Assembly (NCBI GenBank): GCA_963804995.1
Contig: CAWDSK010000009.1
Location: 64,001 to 128,000 of the forward strand
Origin: an uncultured Acidobacteriota bacterium
GTDB lineage: Bacteria; Acidobacteriota; Terriglobia; UBA7540
DNA: 64,000 bases
Reading direction: 5' to 3'
A model generated the notes under the pieces. It did not search any database and was not told where the DNA came from. It saw only the letters and a program-made list of their open reading frames with translations. Position 1 is the stretch's first letter; every line of letters starts with the position of its first letter. Of this stretch, positions 1 through 9,341 are shown piece by piece. The translations under genes were made by a program, and so were the position numbers.

Positions 1-1070
1 CAAAGGTTCACGGGAACCTCTTCGGGTTTCTGAGGAATTGACGGCCAGTTGATTCGGCGCCCTGATCCGGCAGATTCGTAAGCGGCGTAAATAATTTCGA
101 GAGTAGCCACGCCGTCTTCTCCCGTCTCGCGCGGAGTCTCATCGTTCAGGACGCACTGGGTGAAATGTCGAAGCTCGTGTGGAAAGCCATAGATGTGCGT
201 CTCCTCAAACACGGTGAAGGTCCAGCCCTTCGTGGTGTCAGCTTTTTCCACGGCGTATCCGTAACCGTTCCGGCTATAAGTTTCCATGGAGCTGCCGTGC
301 AGCAGGTCGCAATAAATCACTCCCTCGGTTCCGTGCAGCTCAACGCGATCATCCATACCACCCTGCTTCGCCCAGCTATTTTCGATCACGGCAATACCGC
401 CGCCCTCGAATTCCAGGATGATGACCGAATTATCTTCGCCCTGCGTACGGGTGTGATGAACGCGTTGGCAATGTGCGGTGACACTCTGAGGTTTCTGTTT
501 GCCGTACATCCAGCGAGCCCACTCGATGCCATGGCAGCCCATGTCCATGATGGCGCCGCCACCCGAGCGACGGACATCGTAGAACCAGTCGGAATGCGGG
601 CCGGAATGCTTCTCACCCTGTTTGGCCATGTAGAGTTTTCCGATGGCGCCTTCCTCCACCAGCAGCTTGGCCCGCGCATACTTGGGGCAGAAGCAGAGCG
701 TCTCCGCGTACATCAACTTGACGCGCTTCTCACGGCAGGCGGCCACCATGGCGCGCCCGTCGGCAAGAGTGTGCGCGAGCGGCTTCTCCACCACGACGTG
801 CACCCCGGCTTCGGCCGCCGCCGCGGTCACCTCACGATGCAGGTCGTTGGGAATTCCCAGCACCACCATATCGATATCTTTGCGTTCGATAACCTGGCGA
901 TAGTCTGTGGTGGCGAAGGGGATGTTCCACTTGCGAGCGAAGGCTTCGGCGCCCGCCTGGTCTGCGGCGCAGGCAGCAACTATCAATGCCTCTGGCGTGT
1001 CGCGTAAAGCCTCGGCGTGGATGGAAGAGACAAAGCCACCGCCGATAATGCCTACTCGAACTTTTTCCAT
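1..1070 (-). CDS. Gfo/Idh/MocA family oxidoreductase (3' end runs off the window)
   Basis: Manual translation from ATG 1070: MEKVRVGIIGGGFVSSIHAEAL...HVVVEKPLA...GGGAIMDMGCH (Rossmann motif, EKP motif). Absent from the ORF track because the stop lies outside the window. Confidence 0.9.
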   Translation of the reverse strand, partial: MEKVRVGIIGGGFVSSIHAEALRDTPEALIVAACAADQAGAEAFARKWNIPFATTDYRQVIERKDIDMVVLGIPNDLHREVTAAAAEAGVHVVVEKPLAHTLADGRAMVAACREKRVKLMYAETLCFCPKYARAKLLVEEGAIGKLYMAKQGEKHSGPHSDWFYDVRRSGGGAIMDMGCHGIEWARWMYGKQKPQSVTAHCQRVHHTRTQGEDNSVIILEFEGGGIAVIENSWAKQGGMDDRVELHGTEGVIYCDLLHGSSMETYSRNGYGYAVEKADTTKGWTFTVFEETHIYGFPHELRHFTQCVLNDETPRETGEDGVATLEIIYAAYESAGSGRRINWPSIPQKPEEVPVNL

Positions 1071-1135
1071 GGGCTCTTCCTCCGGGAGACAGCTTTGCTT
1101 AACCGAGAATTTTGACGGCGGGCTTCAGCGCAGCG

Positions 1136-1480
1136 CTAGGGTTTCTTCTTGCTGCTGTCAAAAGAGCGAACGTATTGGACCAGCGACTGGATTTCCTCGT
1201 CCTTGAGCTTCCCGGAGAAAGCCGGCATGGGAGTGCCCTTCTTGCCGTTCTTGATTGCTTCGGTAAGGTCCTTATCCGTCTGGGAAGCTTGCCACTTGGG
1301 ATCGGTAAAATCCGGTGTCTTGAGAGCGGGGAATCCCTTGCCGTCCATCCGATGGCACATCGAGCAATTCTGCTTGAACAGAGCAGAGGCGTCAGATGGA
1401 GGCGCGGCCTGAAGCGCAGAAGCCTCCACGAGCAGGGCAAATCCAAAAACCCGAAGTGCTGGTGATAACAGGAATCGCAT
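1136..1480 (-). CDS. class I c-type cytochrome (c6/c553-like), secreted
   Basis: Signal peptide, CSMCH heme motif, distal Met in PMPAF. Confidence 0.9.
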   Translation of the reverse strand: MRFLLSPALRVFGFALLVEASALQAAPPSDASALFKQNCSMCHRMDGKGFPALKTPDFTDPKWQASQTDKDLTEAIKNGKKGTPMPAFSGKLKDEEIQSLVQYVRSFDSSKKKP

Positions 1481-1655
1481 ATGGCTCCTTGAGATTCGTA
1501 GTAGGGTAACGCCCGGGAAAGCTTTCTCCGGCAGGCAAAGTCACATCCCGCGCGCCAGTCTTCCTGCAGAATACTTTCCGTTAGCATGTTATCGACGCGA
1601 GCATTGAAAATCAAGAATCAACGTGCAGGATGAGGTTTTAGGTAGTGCAATCCTT

Positions 1656-1928
1656 TCATTTGGGTGGGACGTAATTGGGCGGGGGCGCTGCGCCTTCACC
1701 GAAGAAGAACCGTTCCATCTGGGTGGCAATGACTTCCTGTGCTTCCTTCGTCGAGGGCACGAGGCGATATTCATTAATCAGCATCCGTAAGTAATCGAGC
1801 CACATTTGCCACGCCTGTTGGGAGACATTGTCGTAGATGCGCTGGCCGAGTTCGCCGACCCACGGAGCCTCCTCAAGACCCGGAAGTTCCTTGTGCAGCT
1901 TTGCACACATCACCATTCGCTGTGCCAT
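1656..1928 (-). CDS. yggX: Fe(II)-trafficking/oxidative damage protection protein (YggX family)
   Basis: MVMCAKLHKELPGL...GELGQRIYDNVSQQAWQMW...MLINEYRL signature. Confidence 0.9.
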   Translation of the reverse strand: MAQRMVMCAKLHKELPGLEEAPWVGELGQRIYDNVSQQAWQMWLDYLRMLINEYRLVPSTKEAQEVIATQMERFFFGEGAAPPPNYVPPK

Positions 1929-2056
1929 AGAGAAGTTATCCTTCGGAGTCCTGCCTTAAATGCAGGGCGTCCTGGCATTTGCTGGCCGCCCCGCGCGCGG
2001 AAACGACTGGCTGCCCCCGCCTGCAACGCCATTATACAGGAAATCAAAAAACGAAA

Positions 2057-3163
2057 CTCTCTGTGACCTCTGTGTCCTCTGCGTGAATCTGATCTTCGGT
2101 TGAGCATCCTGCTTCTTGTCACCTAAACTCAAAAACCTATTCACCACAGAGATCACAGAGAACACGGAGAAAAGAAGAAGAGCTGGGAGCTAGCAAAAAA
2201 ACATCCTTATTTCTGGTTTCTTCCTCCTGACTTGCTTTTCTCTGTGCCCTCTGTGCCCTCTGTGGTGAATCTGTTCTTGGTTTTTCTCCAAGGTTTCTTC
2301 GTCCTCCCGCGTGGATGCCCCTATATCTTGCCATTGAGGAACCGACGTATACCATCCTTCAATATCGTGACATTGAAATTGATCAACAACGCGACCTTGC
2401 ATCCCGATAACTTAAGGTATGTGATGACTTGAGCCTCGTGGATTGGCGCCACAGCCTCAGCAGACTTAACCTCAACGACCACCGACCCTTCCACGAGGAG
2501 ATCAATCCTGTATCCACAATCGAGCTTAACCTGCTCGTAAATGAGTGGCAGTGGCTTCTGCTGCTCAACTCTGAGATGCCGTTTCCCCAGCTCAAATGCC
2601 AGGCAAGCCTCATACGCGGATTCCAGCAAACCCGGACCCAGGGCCTTGTGCACTTGGATGGCGGCCCCGATAATGCTTTTCGTAATGCCGTTCAGCCGCT
2701 CTCTCTCAGTCATTCGCCAATGCCTTCCACCTCGCTGAGCATCTTGGGTGCTGTCGCCGAGACTCAAGAACAAATTCACCACAGAGATCACAGAGAACAC
2801 GGAGAAAAGAAAAAGGGCCAAGAGTTTGGAGAAAGACAATCTTATTTCTTGCTTCTGACTCCTGACTTGCTTTTCTCTGTGACCTCTGTGTCCTCTGTGG
2901 TGAATCCGTTCTTCCGCGAAGCATCCCGCCTCCGGTCACCGAAACGGAACAACCTATTCACCACAGAGATCACAGAGAACACGGAGAAAAGAAAAAAGCC
3001 AGGACGTTGGAGAAGGACAATCTTATTTCTTGCTTCTGACTCCTGACTTGCTTTTCTCTGTGGCCTCTGTGTCCTCTGTGGTGAATCCGTTCTTCCGCGA
3101 AGCATCCCGCCTCCGGTCACCGAAACGGAACAACCTATTCACCACACAGAGAACACGGAGAAA
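2057..3163. repeat. Array of 8 alternating inverted ~35-bp repeats (TTCACCACAGAGATCACAGAGAACACGGAGAAAAG and its reverse complement) flanking the GxxExxY gene
   Basis: Reverse copies at 2057-2087, 2235-2269, 2870-2904, 3051-3085; forward copies at 2140-2174, 2775-2809, 2957-2991, 3138-3163 (partial); ~181-bp tandem unit over 2775-3137. Confidence 0.95.
2321..2713 (-). CDS. GxxExxY protein (PD-(D/E)xK nuclease superfamily)
   Basis: GPGLLESAY motif, RIDLLVEGSVVVEVK, QVITYLKLSG...LLINF; start at MTERE (ATG 2713). Confidence 0.92.
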   Translation of the reverse strand: MTERERLNGITKSIIGAAIQVHKALGPGLLESAYEACLAFELGKRHLRVEQQKPLPLIYEQVKLDCGYRIDLLVEGSVVVEVKSAEAVAPIHEAQVITYLKLSGCKVALLINFNVTILKDGIRRFLNGKI

Positions 3164-3168
3164 CCGAT

Positions 3169-3759
3169 TCATTTCCTCCGGTGAATATCCAAATCGACTT
3201 CTTCGTTCTCAAACAGGGGAAGCTGCGTGTGCGGCTTAAGCACTCCTTTTTGGAACGTGGCGACGGTGCGAAGGGGTTCGGCTGCATTGTCGCTCGGCGC
3301 CGCTTGAGAATGAGCGCGTGTTGCCGGAGGGGGCGGCGTGATGCCGGCCGCCGCGGCATCCAGGGCTTTATTCGCCAGGCGGTCGGCTTCGCGGTTGTGT
3401 TCGCGCAAGACGTGCTGGATGGAAAACGACTCCAGGCGAGCGATCATCGCCTTTGCCTTCTCGTGCAGGGGCTTCAGGTCAGGGCTGCGGACTTTGTAGC
3501 GCCCGGAAATCTGGCGAGCCATCAATTCGGAATCCGTTATCACACGCAGACGAAGATGGCCATGGCTCAGGGCGTATTCCAAGGCCGCCAGCAGCCCCTG
3601 GTATTCCGCAAAATTGTTGGTGGTTTTGCCGATGTATTTCGCAAACCCCGTGACGGATTTACCTTCAGGGGTTTTAACCGTCACGCCATATGCAGCGGGG
3701 CCAGGATTCCCGCGCGATCCTCCGTCGACATGGGCAATGATTTCAGGTGAGGTCGGCAT
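3169..3759 (-). CDS. rnhA: ribonuclease HI family protein with C-terminal extension
   Basis: DGGSRGNPGPA, TNNFAEY, DSEL, REHNREADRLAN motifs. Confidence 0.9.
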   Translation of the reverse strand: MPTSPEIIAHVDGGSRGNPGPAAYGVTVKTPEGKSVTGFAKYIGKTTNNFAEYQGLLAALEYALSHGHLRLRVITDSELMARQISGRYKVRSPDLKPLHEKAKAMIARLESFSIQHVLREHNREADRLANKALDAAAAGITPPPPATRAHSQAAPSDNAAEPLRTVATFQKGVLKPHTQLPLFENEEVDLDIHRRK

Positions 3760-3767
3760 GGTTAGGA

Positions 3768-3840
3768 CAGTGGTTAGTGGCTAGTGGCTAGTGGTTAGAG
3801 AGGAAGGACTAGTGACTAGCCACTGGCAACTAGTCACTGC
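3768..3840. repeat. Heptamer tandem repeat (TAGTGGY)n plus inverted copy
   Basis: gtggttagtggctagtggctagtggttag ... ctagtgactagccactggcaactagtcact. Confidence 0.85.
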
Positions 3841-3845
3841 CCTTA

Positions 3846-4604
3846 TCACGCCGTCACCCCCGCGCTCTGGTCACTGCCCTCCCCCTGCTCCTCGGGCGGA
3901 GGCTCGATGTAGTAAATGATCCGGCTACAGTTTTCACAGGTCAGCACGGCGTTGGTGCTCCGGATTTCGTTGTAGACCTGGGGCCGTAACCTGACGTTGC
4001 ACGCGGTGCAAAGGCCGTCGCGGACTTCCGCCACCACCATGCCAGGGCGGTAACTACGGAGGCGTTCATATAGCTTCAAGACATCGTCACTGAGAGCAGC
4101 CTCGAGCTCCTTGCGCCGTGTCTTCAGGCGGTCGCGCTCATCCAAATCGGCCTGCCGCTCGTCCTGCAATCGCTTGATCTCACCCGCCACGCGAGCCTTC
4201 TCGCCTTCAAGGCGAGCCGCCGCATCCTGGACATGCTGCTGAAGGTCTTCCGCCTCGATCATCTTCTCCAGGATTTGATCCTCGATCTTGCGGATGTTGG
4301 TCTCTTCCCCTTCGATTTCCTTCAGCATGGCCTTGTATTGCTCGTTGGTTTTGACCTGGTAAAGCTGATCCTTGTGCTTGGTGATCTTCTCTTGGATGGC
4401 CTTGATATCACCTTCCAGGTCCTTCCTTTCCTTCTGGTTCGCAGTCAAGCGCCGCTTGCGCTCTTCGTGGGCGCGAATGAAATCATCCAATTGGGATTGC
4501 AAGGTTTGAATCTGGGTAGGCAGGGAATCGATCAGCACCGTCACCTCAGCAATCTTCAGGTCAAGCTGCTGAAGTTCAATGACGGCTTTAAGGTCGGGAT
4601 GCAC
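3846..4604 (-). CDS. coiled-coil C4 zinc-ribbon protein (DUF164/zf-RING_7 type)
   Basis: Long coiled coil followed by CTAC...CENC; usual neighbour of RNase HI. Confidence 0.88.
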   Translation of the reverse strand: MHPDLKAVIELQQLDLKIAEVTVLIDSLPTQIQTLQSQLDDFIRAHEERKRRLTANQKERKDLEGDIKAIQEKITKHKDQLYQVKTNEQYKAMLKEIEGEETNIRKIEDQILEKMIEAEDLQQHVQDAAARLEGEKARVAGEIKRLQDERQADLDERDRLKTRRKELEAALSDDVLKLYERLRSYRPGMVVAEVRDGLCTACNVRLRPQVYNEIRSTNAVLTCENCSRIIYYIEPPPEEQGEGSDQSAGVTA

Positions 4605-4859
4605 TTCCTCTCCTTGATAAAATCGCGTTTACTTGATCGGAAAGCCCGCGCCTGCGCCCAATGCGTCTCAACTTCCCTGGTTGAGCATTCTTACACATCT
4701 TGAGGTAATGCCGCAAGGAAGGGAGATGACGGGGTGGTGTCGAAGTTTGCCGTAGAGGCGGCGGAATTTATCCCGATGCTATCGCGACGCCGCCATTTGG
4801 CAGGGTAAATCCAAGGCCACCCAAATTAGCGAAGTCTCCCCTGGGCATCGGGAGCGAAA

Positions 4860-4975
4860 TTTCGGAGTGCGGGAGCTTGCTCCCGCTCTTGCCACCGCTG
4901 ACTCGTCAGCGGTCGGCGTATCGCCGCATCGAGTTGCGGCGAGGGAAAGCGGCGACGAGCCGCCGCACTCCGAAA
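4860..4975. repeat. REP-like inverted doublet (GGAGTGCGG...CCGCACTCC family)
   Basis: tttcggagtgcgggagcttgctcccgc ... aaagcggcgacgagccgccgcactccgaaa. Confidence 0.7.
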
Positions 4976-5131
4976 CGAGAGTCTGCACCAACCCTTCCGA
5001 AAACGGTTGGGATGGCACGAGTGTCTCGGCGGGGCGCCACGCGGCAAGAAAATGAAAAGCCGGCGGGGGGAGGGACGCTCGCCCCCGCAGGCCGTTTGTG
5101 TGGCAACGTCAGACAGTTCTTCAGCAAACTC

Positions 5132-6814
5132 TCAGGACTTCACAAAAGTGACCGCGCCTTCAGAAGCCGAAGAGACTAGTGCCGCGTATTTGGAAAAGAC
5201 TCCGCGCTTGTAACGCGGCTCAGGGGCTTTCCAGCTCGCCATGCGCTTCTGGATATCGGCGTCGGAGACTTCCATATCGAGCCGGCGTTTGTCGATATCG
5301 AAGACGATCGTGTCGCCATCCGCCACGGCGGCGATCGGCCCGCCGCGCGCTGCTTCCGGCGCCACGTGGCCCGCCATAAGGCCGTGTGTCGCGCCACTGA
5401 AGCGGCCGTCGGTCAGCAAGGCGACCGAGTCGCCCAGGCCCTCGCCCACCAGCGCCCCTGTTACGCCCAGCATCTCGCGCATTCCGGGCCCACCCCGCGG
5501 GCCTTCGTAGCGAATCACCACCACGTCTCCGGCCTTGATGCTCTTGCTGGTGACGGCAGTCATGGCGTCCTCTTCGCAGTTGAATACCCGCGCCGGCCCG
5601 CGATGCGTGGTGCGCGCATACCCGGCTACTTTGATGACACAACCCTCAGGCGCCAGATTCCCTCTCAAGATGACCAATCCACCGGTTTTTTTGATGGGGT
5701 CAGAGACCGGCCTGATCACATCCTGGCCCGGCGTTTCCTTGACGAGCGCCGCTTCCTCGGCAATGGTCTTGCCGCTGACCGTAATTTGCGTGCCGTCGAG
5801 CAAACCCGCCTCCAGCAATTTCTTGGCGATAAGCGGAATTCCGCCCGCACGATGCACATCGACTGCCACGTAGCGTCCGCCGGGCTTCAAATCCGCGATG
5901 ATGGGGGTGCGCGAACTGATGGTATCGAAGTCATCGATGGTCAGGGGGACGCCGGCCTCTCGCGCCATGGCGAGCAGGTGCAGCACACCGTTGGTTGAGC
6001 CGCCCGTGGCCGCCACGCTGGCAATGGCATTTTCAAAGGCCTTGCGCGTAAGAATATCGAGCGGTCTTACTCCGCGGCGCAACAAATCCATCACGATTTG
6101 CCCGCACCGGTACGCGACTTCGTCCTTCTTGGGATCGAGAGCCGGGACGCTGTTCGCTCCCATGGGAGACAGGCCGATGAACTCCATCACCGTGGACATG
6201 GTGTTGGCCGTGAACTGCCCACCGCACGCTCCCGCGGCCGGACAGGCGGAGTCTTCCAGTTCTTTCAACTCTGCGTCCGTCATGAGGCCGGCAGCATTCG
6301 CGCCTACGGCTTCGTAAACGTCGCCAACCGTAACGTCGCGTCCCTGGAAGCGTCCCGCGGCAATAGACCCGCCGTAGAGGAGCACGCTTGGGACATTCAG
6401 ACGGATGAGCGCCATGGCTCCGCCGGGAATCGTCTTGTCGCAGCCCACCAGCGCCACCATGGCGTCAAACATATGTCCACGCCCGACCAGTTCGATCGAG
6501 TCGGCCACCACTTCGCGACTGACAAGGGAGGCCTTCATGCCCTCGGTGCCCATCGTTACGCCGTCGGAAATAGCGATGGTATTGAGCTCCATGGGAGTGC
6601 CACCCGCCGCACGCACGCCTGCCTTCACTTTTTCAGCCAGCTTGCGCAGGTGGAAGTTGCACGGCATGGTCTCAATCCAGGTGTTGGCTATGCCGACGAT
6701 CGGCTTGGCCAGATCTTCGTCCGTGAACCCGATGGCTTTGAGCATGGAACGGGCTCCGGCGCGGTCGCGACCGTCCGTGATGATGTGACTACGATGCTTA
6801 AGATTGAATGCCAT
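5132..6814 (-). CDS. ilvD: dihydroxy-acid dehydratase
   Basis: [52 protein letters not shown]. Confidence 0.97.
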   Translation of the reverse strand: MAFNLKHRSHIITDGRDRAGARSMLKAIGFTDEDLAKPIVGIANTWIETMPCNFHLRKLAEKVKAGVRAAGGTPMELNTIAISDGVTMGTEGMKASLVSREVVADSIELVGRGHMFDAMVALVGCDKTIPGGAMALIRLNVPSVLLYGGSIAAGRFQGRDVTVGDVYEAVGANAAGLMTDAELKELEDSACPAAGACGGQFTANTMSTVMEFIGLSPMGANSVPALDPKKDEVAYRCGQIVMDLLRRGVRPLDILTRKAFENAIASVAATGGSTNGVLHLLAMAREAGVPLTIDDFDTISSRTPIIADLKPGGRYVAVDVHRAGGIPLIAKKLLEAGLLDGTQITVSGKTIAEEAALVKETPGQDVIRPVSDPIKKTGGLVILRGNLAPEGCVIKVAGYARTTHRGPARVFNCEEDAMTAVTSKSIKAGDVVVIRYEGPRGGPGMREMLGVTGALVGEGLGDSVALLTDGRFSGATHGLMAGHVAPEAARGGPIAAVADGDTIVFDIDKRRLDMEVSDADIQKRMASWKAPEPRYKRGVFSKYAALVSSASEGAVTFVKS

Positions 6815-6988
6815 TATGGCCTCCCATTGGTAGATGATCACCCTGTTGAAACCAGCCATATTCTCAGATTTGCGCGCAGGGAGCAAGATTACTTTGCACG
6901 AAGTCGCAGTTCATGTGGGAGGGGCGCCCGATTGATCATGAATTCAGCAGCATTGACAACTCAGGGTGCTTGTGTTAACTACGATTCT

Positions 6989-7471
6989 ATGGGCGCTGAG
7001 GAGCTCCAATCCGCGTGGGAACTGCTTAAAGAAGCCTATCAGTACCAGATGGGCGGCGATTACGACATGGCGGTCGAACTCTATAAGCGCTCCCTGGACC
7101 TTCATCCTACGGCGGAAGCTTTTACTTTCCTGGGGTGGACTTACCGCTACCAGGGCAAGATCGAAGACGCTATTGCGGAATGCAAGAAAGCGATCCAGAT
7201 TGATCCGGAGTTTGGAAACCCGTACAACGACATTGGCGCCTATTTGATCGAAAAAGGGGAATATGACGAGGCGATTCCCTGGCTGGAGCGCTCGCTGCAA
7301 TCGCGGCGCTATGAGTCCTACCATTATCCGCACTACAATCTGGGGCGCGTTTATGCCGCCAAGGAAATGTACGGCCAGGCGCGCTATCATTTCAACGAAG
7401 CGTTGAAGCTCTCGCCGGACTACGCACTGGCGAAGGAAGCCCTGGCGAAGATCCGGTACAAGCTTCAGTAG
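6989..7471 (+). CDS. tetratricopeptide repeat protein
   Basis: TPR pattern AEAFTFLGWTY...GNPYNDIGAYL...HYNLGRVY; start ATG 6989. Confidence 0.88.
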   Translation: MGAEELQSAWELLKEAYQYQMGGDYDMAVELYKRSLDLHPTAEAFTFLGWTYRYQGKIEDAIAECKKAIQIDPEFGNPYNDIGAYLIEKGEYDEAIPWLERSLQSRRYESYHYPHYNLGRVYAAKEMYGQARYHFNEALKLSPDYALAKEALAKIRYKLQ

Positions 7472-7693
7472 TACGGTCTCTCTGCCGGTTAGTCCTGAAC
7501 TGCTTTCCTCTTTCTGATAGAGTCCCCTCTTGATATGATGTCGGTCTAAAATTGTAACCCGCGACTGACTTCGTTTGGGATGCCGCCGACGTTCTTGATC
7601 GGGCAAAGGTAGCTTTTAGCGCGGAATTGTTGGTCCGACGTGCGGCTGAGCAATGCTGGCAAGCGAGCCATATTCGTTCGGGGGTATCCAAGA

Positions 7694-8884
7694 ATGCCAA
7701 AAACGGAATTGCAATACCTTACCGATGAGCTTCAAAAGCTGCGCGAGCAGAAGCTCTATCAAAAGCTGCGCGTCCTGGAAACGGAGCAGCTTCCTGTGTC
7801 GCGCTTCGACGGCCAGGAAGTTATCAACCTCTCGTCCAACAATTACCTGGGCTTGACCACCCACCCGAAGTTGCGGAAGCGCGCGCTGGAAGCCACGGAA
7901 AAATGGGGTGTGGGATCGGGCGCCGTGCGGACCATCGCCGGCACCATGTCGATTCACATGGCGCTGGAGGAAAAAATCGCGCACTTCAAGCACGTGGAAG
8001 CGTCCGTGGTCTTCCAATCAGGCTTCGCCGCCAATGCCGGGACCGTCTCCGCCATTCTCGGCCGCGAGGATTTGATTATTTCCGACGAACTCAACCATGC
8101 CTCGATTATCGATGGCTGCCGGCTGTCGCGCGCTGAAATCAAGGTCTTCCCTCACAAAGACATCGAGGCCTGCGAGAAGGTCCTAAGGGAAATCGCGGAT
8201 CGCAAATGCCATAGGCTCCTGATTACGGACGGGGTGTTTTCCATGGAGGGCGACATCGCCCCCCTGCCGCAACTGGTTGAACTGGCCGAGAAATATAGGT
8301 GCATCATGATGATCGACGACGCCCACTCTTCCGGGGTGCTGGGCCGGAATGGGCGTGGCACGGTCGACCACTTCAACTTGCACGGCCGCGTGGATATCCA
8401 GGTGGGGACGCTTTCGAAGGCCATTGGAGCGCTGGGGGGGTACGTCTGCGCCACGCGCGACACGATCGAATTCCTTTACCATCGGGCGCGGCCCTTCCTC
8501 TTCTCCACCTCCCACCCGCCGTCGGTCGCCGCCACCTGCCTCGCGGCCTTTGAAGTCCTGGAAGAGGAGCCGCAACTGATCGATCAGCTCTGGGCGAACA
8601 CCCGATTCTTCAAAGAAGGACTGATGAAGCTGGGGTTCAATACCGGCATGAGTGAGACCCCCATCACCCCCGTCATCGTCGGAGACGCGGCGCTCGCGCA
8701 TGAATTCTCACGCCAGCTTTTTGCCGCCGGAGTGTTCGCGCAAGGCATCGGGTTCCCGACTGTGCCGCACGGCAAGGCGCGCATCCGCACCATTGTGACC
8801 GCCACGCATACGCGTGAAGAATTGATGCGGGCGCTTGGCATTCTTGCGGAAGTGGGAAGGAAATTGAAGATTATTGAGGGGTGA
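7694..8884 (+). CDS. kbl: glycine C-acetyltransferase / AONS-family PLP enzyme
   Basis: SSNNYLGL, SDELNHASIIDG, TDGVFSM, DDAH, GTLSKA. Confidence 0.88.
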   Translation: MPKTELQYLTDELQKLREQKLYQKLRVLETEQLPVSRFDGQEVINLSSNNYLGLTTHPKLRKRALEATEKWGVGSGAVRTIAGTMSIHMALEEKIAHFKHVEASVVFQSGFAANAGTVSAILGREDLIISDELNHASIIDGCRLSRAEIKVFPHKDIEACEKVLREIADRKCHRLLITDGVFSMEGDIAPLPQLVELAEKYRCIMMIDDAHSSGVLGRNGRGTVDHFNLHGRVDIQVGTLSKAIGALGGYVCATRDTIEFLYHRARPFLFSTSHPPSVAATCLAAFEVLEEEPQLIDQLWANTRFFKEGLMKLGFNTGMSETPITPVIVGDAALAHEFSRQLFAAGVFAQGIGFPTVPHGKARIRTIVTATHTREELMRALGILAEVGRKLKIIEG

Positions 8885-8927
8885 GCTGACTCCAAATCCA
8901 GATGTGGGTATCCAGAAGCAGTTTCAA
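8871..8927 (-). pseudogene. VapC/PIN toxin 5' remnant
   Basis: TTG start overlapping the antitoxin TGA gives MKLLLDTHIWIWSQLTPQ*. Confidence 0.8.
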
Positions 8928-9163
8928 CGGCCTGCCTCCCAGTCACTTTCTTCACTCGCCGGTGAGACAATGTCGCCGAGGATTTTCGCCGTACCCGCCA
9001 TAGACCCCACCCAGCTTTTGGGCCTGGGAGGCCCCGAAGGCGGAACCACCTCCGCCACGGGCTGCCCGAAGCGGGTGATCAACACCGGTTTCTTGGTGCG
9101 GCGGACACCCTCCAGGACCGCAAGGCACCTTGCCTTGAACTTCGATATGGCCATAGTCTCCAT
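8924..9163 (-). CDS. Phd/YefM family antitoxin
   Basis: MAISKFKARCLAVLEGVRRTKKPVLITRFGQPVAEVVP. Confidence 0.9.
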   Translation of the reverse strand: METMAISKFKARCLAVLEGVRRTKKPVLITRFGQPVAEVVPPSGPPRPKSWVGSMAGTAKILGDIVSPASEESDWEAGR

Positions 9164-9185
9164 ATGTGGACTCCTCGCCTAAGTA

Positions 9186-9208
9186 AACCATGGTTAAAGA
9201 CCATGGTC
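9186..9208. promoter_or_regulatory. Tandem palindromes AACCATGGTT / GACCATGGTC, probable TA operator
   Basis: Two ACCATGGT-core palindromes just upstream of the antitoxin start. Confidence 0.6.
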
Positions 9209-9341
9209 AGAAGTTCAGTTCCGTCAAGGCAGCTCTTCTCACCTTGGTAATCACAGCATATCTCTTATATGGTCAGGTCGTAACCACCTGAGGCGGCCAA
9301 CTTGAGTGGTGGGCAGCAGAGAATTGTGAGGTATAGCCCGT

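Noticed and set aside
165..1007. 280-aa plus-strand ORF
   Set aside because: Antisense shadow of the Gfo/Idh/MocA gene, which the ORF track missed because it runs off the window edge.
2057..3163. CRISPR array interpretation
   Set aside because: Repeats alternate in orientation, spacers are mutually homologous rather than unique, and no cas genes are present.
6098..6988. N-terminal ~300 aa of the 457-aa ORF
   Set aside because: Antisense to ilvD; only the TPR part from 6989 looks real.
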